From positions 1 to 60,090 of IMG/VR virus record IMGVR_UViG_3300002053_000022: a DNA stretch of 60,090 bases; one strand, given 5' to 3'. This document shows, one piece after another, positions 9,398 to 18,295 of this stretch. Numbering within the stretch: the first letter of the stretch is position 1; the number at the start of each line of letters is the position of its first letter. Both the position numbers and the translations under genes were made by a program. The stretch comes from a virus (taxonomy: Duplodnaviria > Caudoviricetes). Under the pieces are notes generated by a model that saw nothing but the letters and a program-made list of their open reading frames with translations, ran no database searches and was not told where the DNA came from.

Positions 9398-10674
9398 AGC
9401 TAAAAATAATGAACTACACATATTATAATAACAAATCGGAGAATAAAAATTACAATGCTCCGATATTAATTTTTCTTTGTAGAGATGAGAATAGAAACTT
9501 TCACATGGTTTTTGTCTGTGATAAAGAGAATCTTGCTCCAGAGATGTATATTCCTTTTGAGGAAAAATTCATTGCTGAAAGTGAAGAGATTATTACAAAG
9601 ATAGAAGATTCTCCAGCATCCAACTATGGAGAAAAGGTTGTCAGATTAGAAACAACTTTTCCATGGGAAGTTAAAAAATTAAGAAAGAATTTCACACATA
9701 CCTATTTGAGTGATATTAAATGGGAAAAAATGTGTGTAGAAAAAATGGGATTACAAACTCCTTATATTAAAGTTCCAGATGACTTTAATGAAAGATGGTT
9801 AAAAGTAGAAGATGTTGAAGAATTACCAGACGATGAACACTTCTATGTTCCAATTAGATGGATAGGATGGGACATAGAAACAAATGTTGAAATAATTTGG
9901 CCGACATTCAATGGTTGGCAAGATGCTGAGAAATGTGAGATAATAAGTATAACAGCTTATGATTCTTATGATAAAGTTTATGATATATTTTTCTGGCACA
10001 AAGATGTTATCAATGGAAGAGTTTTGTTATGGAAAAATTGGGAAAGAAAAGGACAATACTATGTTCCAGCCTTAAAAAAAATAAGAGAATATGCCAGAAA
10101 AAATGATGTTTATATTCACGAATTCAATAACGAAGTTGATATGTTAAAGGGATATTTTGATTATTATGCGTCTAAAAGACCAGATGCGCAATTCGGTTTT
10201 AATTCTGAAGGAGGATATAGAATTTCAACAAGAAAAGGATTGTCTCGTAAATATTGGTTTGATGGATTTGATATGCCTTATTTATATCAACGCTGTAAAA
10301 AATTAGGATTATTAGAAGATATTAAAAAGATGTCTCCATTGCCAAAATTTGTAAATGGAGTTAAGTGGAGAGCAGATGGAGACAGACACTCCGTTCAAAT
10401 AGAAGGAGTTTGTCAAATTGATTTTATATTCACAAATGAAATTTTTCAATATCACAAGAAATTTGATGAGTTTAGAGAAGGAAATCTTCAAGGATATATG
10501 AGTTATTTCTTAGGATTTGGAAAGGTTGAACATCAAGAACAGATCTGGGAAATGTGGAAAAATAAAACAGAATCTGATTACGATCCAACTAATCCAGAAT
10601 TGGTTGGAGTAAAGAAAAGAAGAAATTATGTTATGGAGATGTTTGAAGATGGGAAAAAAATGGAACAAATTTAA
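9394..10674 (+). CDS. polB: Family B DNA polymerase, N-terminal and 3'-5' exonuclease part of a split gene
   Basis: Exo I WDIET, Exo II FN...FDMPYL, F.NE.DML; the protein ends just before Exo III. Confidence 0.88.
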   Translation: MKLKIMNYTYYNNKSENKNYNAPILIFLCRDENRNFHMVFVCDKENLAPEMYIPFEEKFIAESEEIITKIEDSPASNYGEKVVRLETTFPWEVKKLRKNFTHTYLSDIKWEKMCVEKMGLQTPYIKVPDDFNERWLKVEDVEELPDDEHFYVPIRWIGWDIETNVEIIWPTFNGWQDAEKCEIISITAYDSYDKVYDIFFWHKDVINGRVLLWKNWERKGQYYVPALKKIREYARKNDVYIHEFNNEVDMLKGYFDYYASKRPDAQFGFNSEGGYRISTRKGLSRKYWFDGFDMPYLYQRCKKLGLLEDIKKMSPLPKFVNGVKWRADGDRHSVQIEGVCQIDFIFTNEIFQYHKKFDEFREGNLQGYMSYFLGFGKVEHQEQIWEMWKNKTESDYDPTNPELVGVKKRRNYVMEMFEDGKKMEQI

Positions 10675-11008
10675 AGACAAATGTGAAGATTTTTGGTGGG
10701 ATCACGACGACGATGTGAAAACAGCATGCAAAGTAATTGCTGGTTTTTTCGTATTAATTATGATAGTTGTTGGATTTATAGGTGTAATGAATGCCACCAT
10801 AGAACAAACAGAAGCACTAGATAACACTCTTCTTATAGAAGGATATGTTGATGGCAAGAGATTAGGTGGAGATACTAATACACAATATATTTTATCTATA
10901 AATGGGACTGAAGTAGAAGTCGATAAAGAATATTACTTTCTAGTGAATATTGGAGATTATGTTAAGGTTTACGAAAGCGGACGAGTAGAAATAATCGAGG
11001 AACCATAA
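10628..11008 (+). CDS. Membrane-anchored small beta-barrel protein
   Basis: One TM helix, then VDKEYYFLVNIGDYVKV. Confidence 0.55.
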   Translation: MLWRCLKMGKKWNKFKDKCEDFWWDHDDDVKTACKVIAGFFVLIMIVVGFIGVMNATIEQTEALDNTLLIEGYVDGKRLGGDTNTQYILSINGTEVEVDKEYYFLVNIGDYVKVYESGRVEIIEEP

Positions 11009-11212
11009 ATGTGGGAACTTTGTTATATGGGTGGAAGATGGGTGTTAAGATGGAGAAGTGGTATTACAAAAGATACTCCAAAATGTCCAAATTGTGGTGT
11101 TTATTTGGAAGTCTTAAAAGAAGGTGTTTATCGCAAACAATCACATGAAAATACTTTTAAATGCCCACAATGTTATTATATGTTAAATATATACAAACCA
11201 GAAGAAAAATGA
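11009..11212 (+). CDS. Zinc-ribbon protein
   Basis: CPNCG...FKCPQC. Confidence 0.6.
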   Translation: MWELCYMGGRWVLRWRSGITKDTPKCPNCGVYLEVLKEGVYRKQSHENTFKCPQCYYMLNIYKPEEK

Positions 11213-11613
11213 TAATCGGTATAATTGGTAGTAGACGAAGAGATTCGCGTGAAGATTATTGGACACTCCGTAACAAAATTACTGATTTAGAAATAAAAGA
11301 CAAAGACCTTGTAACAAAAATAATAACTGGAGACTGTAAAACTGGAGGAGACAAATTTGCGAGAGATTATGCTAACCAGTTTTGGACACTAAAAGTAGAA
11401 TTAATTGTCAAAAAAGTAGATTTTCCTGCGTTTGGTGCTCCTTATTATGATTATGTTAAGGCTTATTATAAGCGCAATGAAGAAATAGCTAAAGAGGAAA
11501 TGGATTATCTTATCGCATTAGTCGCACCAGATAGAACTGGTGGAACAGAAAATACAATAAAACATTTCAAAAAACATCATAAAGATTGGGAAAAGAAGTT
11601 GATTTTAATATGA
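11209..11613 (+). CDS. SLOG-family (YspA/DprA-like) nucleotide-binding protein
   Basis: IGIIGSR, IITGD..GGD, RN..IA and GGTENT; probable start at ATG 11209. Confidence 0.75.
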   Translation: MIIGIIGSRRRDSREDYWTLRNKITDLEIKDKDLVTKIITGDCKTGGDKFARDYANQFWTLKVELIVKKVDFPAFGAPYYDYVKAYYKRNEEIAKEEMDYLIALVAPDRTGGTENTIKHFKKHHKDWEKKLILI

Positions 11614-11792
11614 AAGAGTGTTTTATTTGTAAAAAAAGTAGTTTTGATGATAATAACATACAAGTTAATGTATGTTTAAAATGCTTTGTGGAAGATTTCC
11701 TAAAATTAGTTTTGGAAGACCCTCCAAGAAGTGTTAAGGAAGCAACAAGTATTTACGAACTTCTTCTGAAAAAAATTGGTGAGTTTAAATGA
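11610..11792 (+). CDS. Small zinc-finger protein
   Basis: CFIC...VCLKC. Confidence 0.55.
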   Translation: MKECFICKKSSFDDNNIQVNVCLKCFVEDFLKLVLEDPPRSVKEATSIYELLLKKIGEFK

Positions 11793-11976
11793 ATTTAATA
11801 ACTAGAATTGCAACAAAAATAGTAGTAAAATTACAACATCCGAGATATATTGGTTGGTGTTATGCCGCATACAAATTTTATAGATATGTATTAGGTTATC
11901 ACAAATATAAAGCTTGGAAAGGCGCATTTTTGTTAAATAATTTACGAACTACTTTTAAAAGGTGAGTTTAAATGAA
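11751..11976 (+). repeat. Imperfect direct repeat pair (11751-11793, 11940-11976)
   Basis: ATTTACGAACT...GGTGAGTTTAAATGAA occurs twice. Confidence 0.8.
11789..11965 (+). CDS. Small basic protein (58 aa, not in ORF track)
   Basis: MNLITRIATK...; GGTGA RBS at 11778. Confidence 0.6.
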   Translation: MNLITRIATKIVVKLQHPRYIGWCYAAYKFYRYVLGYHKYKAWKGAFLLNNLRTTFKR

Positions 11977-12169
11977 GATAAAGGCAAAAGTTATAAGTGA
12001 TGATAAATTTCTCACACTTAGAGAATTGGATGAAGCATTTATGAAAGGAACATTGTTTTATCTTGAAACAATGAAATGGAAAGAAAAGGATGATGGTTTA
12101 GAAATAATAATTTTATTGAGGGATTATCCAAATGCTGGAATTTACGATTCCTTTCAAGCAGAAAAATAA
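11972..12169 (+). CDS. Hypothetical protein
   Basis: GGTGA RBS at 11961. Confidence 0.55.
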   Translation: MKIKAKVISDDKFLTLRELDEAFMKGTLFYLETMKWKEKDDGLEIIILLRDYPNAGIYDSFQAEK

Positions 12170-12320
12170 AAGGTTTAGAAAATGTGAAGAATGTGGTAAA
12201 AAGAAATTCACATCTAAACTATATGATGTTTATGATACTGGATTAAATTACTATCAACAGATAATTTGTTGTAATAAATGTTTAAAGGAAGCAAAAGAGC
12301 GTTGTAAAAATGATTTGTGA
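12132..12320 (+). CDS. Small zinc-finger protein
   Basis: CEECG...CCNKC. Confidence 0.55.
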   Translation: MLEFTIPFKQKNKRFRKCEECGKKKFTSKLYDVYDTGLNYYQQIICCNKCLKEAKERCKNDL

Positions 12321-13998
12321 GAAACTATTAGATTATAACTTAGTTGATGTTGAAGGATTAGTTCTTTTGAATGAAGAATTTGGTCTTATAGAAGATCAAT
12401 TTGAACAAGCTCAACTAGTTGTAGCTCCTCCAGAAGATGGTATTTACACTTCTAAAATGCACGACCACGACATGATTAAAGACTTCCGAAACGAAATGGT
12501 TTTTGATACTAAATATCAAAATTGGAAGAGAGAGCCATTAAAAGGAAAGAAACAAATCGGGGAAAAATTCTTAATTACTCTAAAAGAATTAGAAGACCAA
12601 GCAAAAAGAAGAGGATTGGTAGTAGAATATAATTCTCTTGAAGATATTCATAAAGTTGGAGGATATGTACCTCCTCCATTGAGAGCTGGAACATTTGTTT
12701 GGGTATGTGTCATAGATTTCAATAAACAATATCCAAATGCTATAATGAGCTCGAATGCGGGAGTGAGAACTCTCGTCGAATTTGTTGAGGATTTAGGAGA
12801 TAAAATTCTCGGCTATAGTATAAATGAGAAAGGAGAAAAGTTTTTAGGAGAATGGGACAAAAAAGATTTAATAGAAACTCCTATTGCATATTTTAGAAAA
12901 GATGTTCTTTCAGTTAATAGAAAGAAATTTCAAAAATGGTTAAGGTTTAGAGTTGAGGCTCAAAAGAGAGCAAAGGAATACCTTAAGAAAGTTCAAGATC
13001 AAGATGATCCTTTATATAAATTATTAGATGGAAAGCAGTTTAGAATAAAAATATTCACAAATGGTGGATTTGGAATAATGGGCTATCCTAAGGATAGAAA
13101 TTATTCTCAAATTATTTTTAATTCTTGTACTCTTATGTGTCAAGATTTAACAATGAATATGATTAAAATTATAAACGATTTAGGTTATGATACTGTAGGA
13201 GGAGATACAGACTCGTGCTTTCCTATATTACATGCTGACAATTTAGAAGATGCCATAAAAGAAGCTAAGTGGCTTGCCTCTGAAGTTAATAAGAGAATTG
13301 ATAAATATTTGGACGAAGTTTATAACATTCAAGAGCACACCATGACTGTTGATGTTGAAACAATTTCGGATAAATTTATAGTTAAAGCGGCAAAAAATTA
13401 TGTTAAAAGAAATCTTTACAGAGATGGGGTTATTTTAGAAGAGCCACAATTAGAAGTCAAAGGCATCGAAATGAAGAAAAGTAATACATCACGATTGGCT
13501 TCTGATATGCAACAAACTATATTAAATATTCTATTAGATTCACAAACAATTAAAGAAGACTTTGAATTGTTAATGAATGTGTTAGATAAGAATATTCATA
13601 AACTTCCTTGGGATTATGTAGCACCAAAAGGAGCTATAAATAATGATATGGATCATTATAAAGAGGGACATTATAATTCAAGAGGAGCAAAGAATGCCAG
13701 AAAATATTTCAACAAACATATTTTGCCTGGAGAAAATCCTTTTATTCTCCCATTTAAAGAATTTCCAAAGAAGTTAAACGGTCACTTTGTTTCTCCTTAT
13801 AAGAGAGGAGAAAGTTTTGTTTTATCATTTGACAAAGAAGACATCCAAAAAATACAAGAAGCTGGATTTATTCCAGACTGGGAAGATTTAAAGAGAAGTC
13901 AATTAAAAATGAAGTCAGATCCTTTTCTTAGTTTATTAGATACTGATTTCTATAAAGCAGTAGCGCAAACAAAAGTTAGTGATGATATGCAATTATGA
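12310..13998 (+). CDS. polB: Family B DNA polymerase, Exo III and polymerase part of a split gene
   Basis: Exo III YNLVDV, GGYV, motif A DFNKQYP, motif B KxxxNGGFG, motif C GDTDS, AKNY and KGIE. Confidence 0.93.
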   Translation: MICEKLLDYNLVDVEGLVLLNEEFGLIEDQFEQAQLVVAPPEDGIYTSKMHDHDMIKDFRNEMVFDTKYQNWKREPLKGKKQIGEKFLITLKELEDQAKRRGLVVEYNSLEDIHKVGGYVPPPLRAGTFVWVCVIDFNKQYPNAIMSSNAGVRTLVEFVEDLGDKILGYSINEKGEKFLGEWDKKDLIETPIAYFRKDVLSVNRKKFQKWLRFRVEAQKRAKEYLKKVQDQDDPLYKLLDGKQFRIKIFTNGGFGIMGYPKDRNYSQIIFNSCTLMCQDLTMNMIKIINDLGYDTVGGDTDSCFPILHADNLEDAIKEAKWLASEVNKRIDKYLDEVYNIQEHTMTVDVETISDKFIVKAAKNYVKRNLYRDGVILEEPQLEVKGIEMKKSNTSRLASDMQQTILNILLDSQTIKEDFELLMNVLDKNIHKLPWDYVAPKGAINNDMDHYKEGHYNSRGAKNARKYFNKHILPGENPFILPFKEFPKKLNGHFVSPYKRGESFVLSFDKEDIQKIQEAGFIPDWEDLKRSQLKMKSDPFLSLLDTDFYKAVAQTKVSDDMQL

Positions 13999-14439
13999 GT
14001 GGAATTATGGAAGATGTAGAAAAATTCTACAACGACATGAAAGAAATACTTATGAATATTATTGATGTCTATTATGGACAAGACATTATTGATATAGATA
14101 ATGTAATGGAAAAATTTGAAATGTATTTTGAATGAATATAGATAAAGACGATATAGGCGGACTTAAACCATATTTCTTTTTATTGAAAATAAAAGAAGAT
14201 TTGGAAAAAATGAATTGGTTTTGTCGTTATTGTTATAAATTAAAAAAGATACTCGAAACTTATTTTGATGATTATGAGGACATTTAGAATAAAAATGGTA
14301 ATAGAAGAGTTTGATGAAACATTTGGATTTACAACAATCCATGAAACAATAAATACCGCTATTGGGGTACAAAAATTAAAACACTATATAATATCTGCAA
14401 AAGTTTGGGCAGAAAATTTTATGGAGAAGGAGATAGAAA

Positions 14440-14919
14440 ATGGACAAGTGTAAAGGATGTATGTGTCATTATCACGATGAAGAACTTGGATGGTATTGTG
14501 TAGCTCCTGTGTGTATAAAAGATTATAGCTACGATCCAGAAACAAGAATATATACTCTCATTGATAAATCTGAGTGGAAAACAGAAAATCCAAAATTATT
14601 TGAATATGATTCCAAAAATAAAATAGTGGATGTATTTGTTAGAAAGGATGATAGTTGTCCATTTCCATTTCATAGTGAGAATTGGTATCATCAAGGATTT
14701 TATCTTGGTGATTTTTTAAATAGATTAAGAGAACTCCTTAAGAATTTTAAAGGAGAAGATGGTAAATGCCCTGTTTGCACACATTCTACCGAAAAGGTTT
14801 ATTGGTATGATTCCGATTTTTGGGGGAATGGCGAGGCTACTAAGACTGGTGAATGTGTGCTTTGCGGGGCAAAAATATATAAAGTATTTAAATTTGTAGG
14901 AATTGAGTTGCTTGAATAA
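14440..14919 (+). CDS. Cys-rich hypothetical protein
   Basis: CKGC...C...C and CPVC...CVLCG. Confidence 0.55.
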   Translation: MDKCKGCMCHYHDEELGWYCVAPVCIKDYSYDPETRIYTLIDKSEWKTENPKLFEYDSKNKIVDVFVRKDDSCPFPFHSENWYHQGFYLGDFLNRLRELLKNFKGEDGKCPVCTHSTEKVYWYDSDFWGNGEATKTGECVLCGAKIYKVFKFVGIELLE

Positions 14920-15422
14920 TGTGGAATGTTGGAGATCAAAACACTCCAAGAATTTACCTCTCAAGAGGAGTTAACGCAAGAGATGATTGGGAAACTCCAA
15001 AATATTTTTTTGATTTATTAAATGAAATATTTGGATTTACTCTTGATGCTGCGGCTTCTCACAGTAACCACAAATGTGACAAATATTATACAATCCAAGA
15101 AGATGGAATATTACAAGACTGGGAAGGAGAAACAGCGTTTTGCAATCCTCCTTTTAACGAAATCTCTATGTGGGTTAAGAAGTGTTATTCAGAAGGACAG
15201 AAAAAAGACACAACAGTTGTTATGATTTGTCCAGTAAGAAGTGACACTGATTATTGGCACGAATATATTATGAAAGCTCACGAGGTTTGGTTTGTAAATA
15301 AAAGAGTTAACTTTCTTAGAGATGGCAAAGAGGTTAAAGGTTCTACATTCCCATTATGTGTAATAGTTTTTAAAAGAACATTAAATAAAACACCGAAAAT
15401 TAGGAGCTTTGATCATAAATGA
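14919..15422 (+). CDS. Phage-type DNA N6-adenine methyltransferase
   Basis: DDWETP, LDAAAS, FCNPPF, PVRSDT..W. Confidence 0.9.
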   Translation: MWNVGDQNTPRIYLSRGVNARDDWETPKYFFDLLNEIFGFTLDAAASHSNHKCDKYYTIQEDGILQDWEGETAFCNPPFNEISMWVKKCYSEGQKKDTTVVMICPVRSDTDYWHEYIMKAHEVWFVNKRVNFLRDGKEVKGSTFPLCVIVFKRTLNKTPKIRSFDHK

Positions 15423-15661
15423 GTGAAGAAGAATTAATACATTCTATTGCCGACCATTTAGCGAATCCCCCAAACTATGAACAGAAAATAATGGAAGTTT
15501 GTGGGTGTGGTTGTTCAGAACAGTGTTCATGTTATCAAAAAATGATAGAACTTGTTGATATATATGGTTGGACAATTAAAATGAAAAAAACAAAATCAAC
15601 CACAATAGATGTTAAAGATATTAAATTTACAATTACAGCAGAATGGTATGAATATGTATGA
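15419..15661 (+). CDS. Hypothetical protein
   Basis: Coupled ORF with a Cys cluster. Confidence 0.5.
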   Translation: MSEEELIHSIADHLANPPNYEQKIMEVCGCGCSEQCSCYQKMIELVDIYGWTIKMKKTKSTTIDVKDIKFTITAEWYEYV

Positions 15662-15852
15662 AAAAATATAGAATAACTTTTAAGAAAATGCCTCATTCTG
15701 AATTTATACCAACTGATGATCCATTAACTAATGGACATTTAAGAGAAGTAGCAATAGAATGTTTGAGAAATCATTTACATTATTTAGCTGATTTACCAGA
15801 AAAAGAATTTTCAAAACTTACAACTGAGTATGAGTATGATGACGGGTTATAA
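15658..15852 (+). CDS. Hypothetical protein
   Basis: ATGA-coupled ORF. Confidence 0.5.
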   Translation: MKKYRITFKKMPHSEFIPTDDPLTNGHLREVAIECLRNHLHYLADLPEKEFSKLTTEYEYDDGL

Positions 15853-16570
15853 AGAAAATCCAAAAACAAAAGGTAGTGGTATTGTTTGTGCGATTCCACA
15901 AACGGGTCGTTGTCCAAACGAATGCGAAGATTGCTTTTTCCAATCTGGAAGAAGTTATTTAGAACCATTAGACGAAAATTTACCTAATATGCCAATGAAT
16001 CTTATGGATAGAATTGTTCGCGTAAACGATGGGAACGATAGTAATGTAGATAGAGAAGAAGTATTAAGAGCTACTCAGCACTATATATTCAAATTTTATA
16101 ATACAGCTATACCAAATAATTTAGAAGGATTTGAAGAGCCAGTAGTTTTAACAATTAATCCTGGCAAAATGACTAATAAAGGATTTTATACGCTGTATGA
16201 TATACCAAAGAATTTAATGTTTGTAAGAATTAGAACTAATATGTGGAATTTGCATTTGGTTTTATCAGCAGTAAAGCATTATACGGAGAGAGAAGTTCCA
16301 GTAGTTCTAACATTTATGGCATATTTTGACACAGCCGATAACATACCAGAATCTTGTAGGCAATATTATACTTTTAGAAAGAGAACAACAAATTCTTACT
16401 GGGCTATTACAACTGAAGGATGGGAGATTATTATGAACTATTTTAAATATAATAAATGGGTTCATAGTTGTGGTAAAATTGAGGGAGAAAAAGGAGACAC
16501 TCATTGTAGATTTTGTGGAAACTGTCTAAGAGAATATTATGCGACATTGGAGAGAATGAAATGCGAATAG
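15830..16570 (+). CDS. Radical-SAM-like Fe-S protein
   Basis: CPNECEDC fits CxxxCxxC; extra C-terminal CRFCGNC. Confidence 0.6.
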   Translation: MSMMTGYKENPKTKGSGIVCAIPQTGRCPNECEDCFFQSGRSYLEPLDENLPNMPMNLMDRIVRVNDGNDSNVDREEVLRATQHYIFKFYNTAIPNNLEGFEEPVVLTINPGKMTNKGFYTLYDIPKNLMFVRIRTNMWNLHLVLSAVKHYTEREVPVVLTFMAYFDTADNIPESCRQYYTFRKRTTNSYWAITTEGWEIIMNYFKYNKWVHSCGKIEGEKGDTHCRFCGNCLREYYATLERMKCE

Positions 16571-17424
16571 GACAATCATTAATAGGTTGGTATGGAGGAA
16601 AGTTTAATTTATTAAAACATTTCTTGCCGTTTCCAGCTCACACAACATTTATAGAAGTATTTGGAGGATCTGGAGTTGTTTTATTCAACAAAATTCCTTC
16701 GGAAATAGAAGTCTATAATGATATTAATTCCAGATTAATTAACATGTGGCAAGCCATCAAGATAGACAGAAGAAAGTTTATAGATTTTGCCGCTAATGAA
16801 TATGGAATAGATAGCAGAGCGCTATTTGATTACGCTAAGAACAATATTGCTGATGATAAGATAGAAGACGCAGCAAGATTTTATTATATAAATCGCCACT
16901 CGTTTTCTCAAATGAATGAATCTTATCACGGAATTTCATTTAATGGAAAAGAACATTGGCATACTCCTTATCTCAATAAATTAAAACAAATAGAAAAATA
17001 TTACGAAAGAATTAAATTTGTTCAACTTGAAAACCAAGATTTTAGAACTATTATGAAGAGATGTGATAGAGATGGAGTATTGCTTTTTGTAGATCCTCCT
17101 TATTTTAAAGGTGGAGAAGTTTATGAGCTTATGGTTGGAATGGATAAAGAAGAAAATTCTTGGTCTTTAAAAGAATTTGAAGATTTAAAAGAACTATTAT
17201 TAGGTTATAAGAAAGCCAAATTTGTTTTAACTGTTGATAACAAGGAATTCTTTCATAGCGAAGATTGGTTTTATCAAGAGGTTGAAAGAATTAATGCAGC
17301 ATCCTTTTGTGTAGGTAAAGAGAAATCAAAGGATATTGAATATGTCATAAGGAATTTTGATCCAGCAACCACTCCAACAATGGAAATTTACGAGAATAAA
17401 GTTACAGATGATATGGAATTATGA
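16561..17424 (+). CDS. Dam-like (D12 class) DNA adenine methyltransferase
   Basis: WYGGK, EVFGGSG, YNDIN, DPPY; probable start at ATG 16561. Confidence 0.92.
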   Translation: MRIGQSLIGWYGGKFNLLKHFLPFPAHTTFIEVFGGSGVVLFNKIPSEIEVYNDINSRLINMWQAIKIDRRKFIDFAANEYGIDSRALFDYAKNNIADDKIEDAARFYYINRHSFSQMNESYHGISFNGKEHWHTPYLNKLKQIEKYYERIKFVQLENQDFRTIMKRCDRDGVLLFVDPPYFKGGEVYELMVGMDKEENSWSLKEFEDLKELLLGYKKAKFVLTVDNKEFFHSEDWFYQEVERINAASFCVGKEKSKDIEYVIRNFDPATTPTMEIYENKVTDDMEL

Positions 17425-17849
17425 GTGTTAAGAAAAAAATATATTTTGCTCATCCGTTCTCAAAAATGGGAACGAAGAGAGAAGAAATGATTATAAAAAT
17501 TCTGGAAGAAAGAGGGTTTGAAGTCATAGATCCTTTTATAGGAGAAGATGAACTGTGCAGAAAATATGGAGTTTCTTATTACTATCAAAAACCGATGTTA
17601 CAATTTGCTAATGAAATAGTATATAGAGATTTCAAAATGGTAGATGATTGCGACGCATTGTTTGCTTGGCTTCCAAAGACATCTGTTTGTTTAGGAACGG
17701 TCAGAGAACTCGATAGAGCATTAAGAAAAGGCAAAGAAACAATTGTCATTCATCATAAGCCAAATCCTTTCTTAATAGATGTAGATATTTTGTATTTAAA
17801 CTATAACGATTTTAAATGGGATGTACCCTATAAGTGGAAAGAGAAATGA
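17421..17849 (+). CDS. Nucleoside 2-deoxyribosyltransferase-like / nucleotide N-hydrolase
   Basis: IYFAHPF, D..MV..CD and GTVREL. Confidence 0.75.
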   Translation: MSVKKKIYFAHPFSKMGTKREEMIIKILEERGFEVIDPFIGEDELCRKYGVSYYYQKPMLQFANEIVYRDFKMVDDCDALFAWLPKTSVCLGTVRELDRALRKGKETIVIHHKPNPFLIDVDILYLNYNDFKWDVPYKWKEK

Positions 17850-18295
17850 ATATTATTACAGAATTTGTTAAAGAATTTGGAGAAGCAGTAGAAGAAACAA
17901 GTGATAAAATTATTGTGGCTTCCTCTACTAGAATCGAGGCATTAGTCGATAATGATAAATTCTTTAATGAATATGATAATAATCTTCATAATTATCTAAA
18001 AAACCTTCCTAAGAAAGAGCAAGGAAAATTTCAAACAGTTAAGATAAATTCTTCCTATTTTGATATAGACAGAATTAAAAAAATACTTGAAATGTTCGTT
18101 GGTTCAAATTCATTTGAAGGCAAAGTTTATAGAGTAAATAAACATAATTTTTTATATATAAAAATTGATTCTTCATACGGAATTATTATAGCCGAAAAGA
18201 AGAAAAAATATGTGGGAGATTCTCCTCACGAAATTATTTATAATTGGCACGAGATATTTTTAGAACAAACATTTAGTAGTGATATGATATTATGA
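17834..18295 (+). CDS. Hypothetical protein
   Basis: Coupled ORF; ends SDMIL. Confidence 0.55.
   Translation: MEREMNIITEFVKEFGEAVEETSDKIIVASSTRIEALVDNDKFFNEYDNNLHNYLKNLPKKEQGKFQTVKINSSYFDIDRIKKILEMFVGSNSFEGKVYRVNKHNFLYIKIDSSYGIIIAEKKKKYVGDSPHEIIYNWHEIFLEQTFSSDMIL

Noticed and set aside
10540-12330. Split intein, or precise excision rejoining the PolB halves
   Set aside because: No Cys/Ser intein start block or HN end. Joining at the TGGAAAAAT/TGTAAAAAT microhomology gives WKNDL followed by a stop, one base out of frame, and I see no convincing bulge-helix-bulge.
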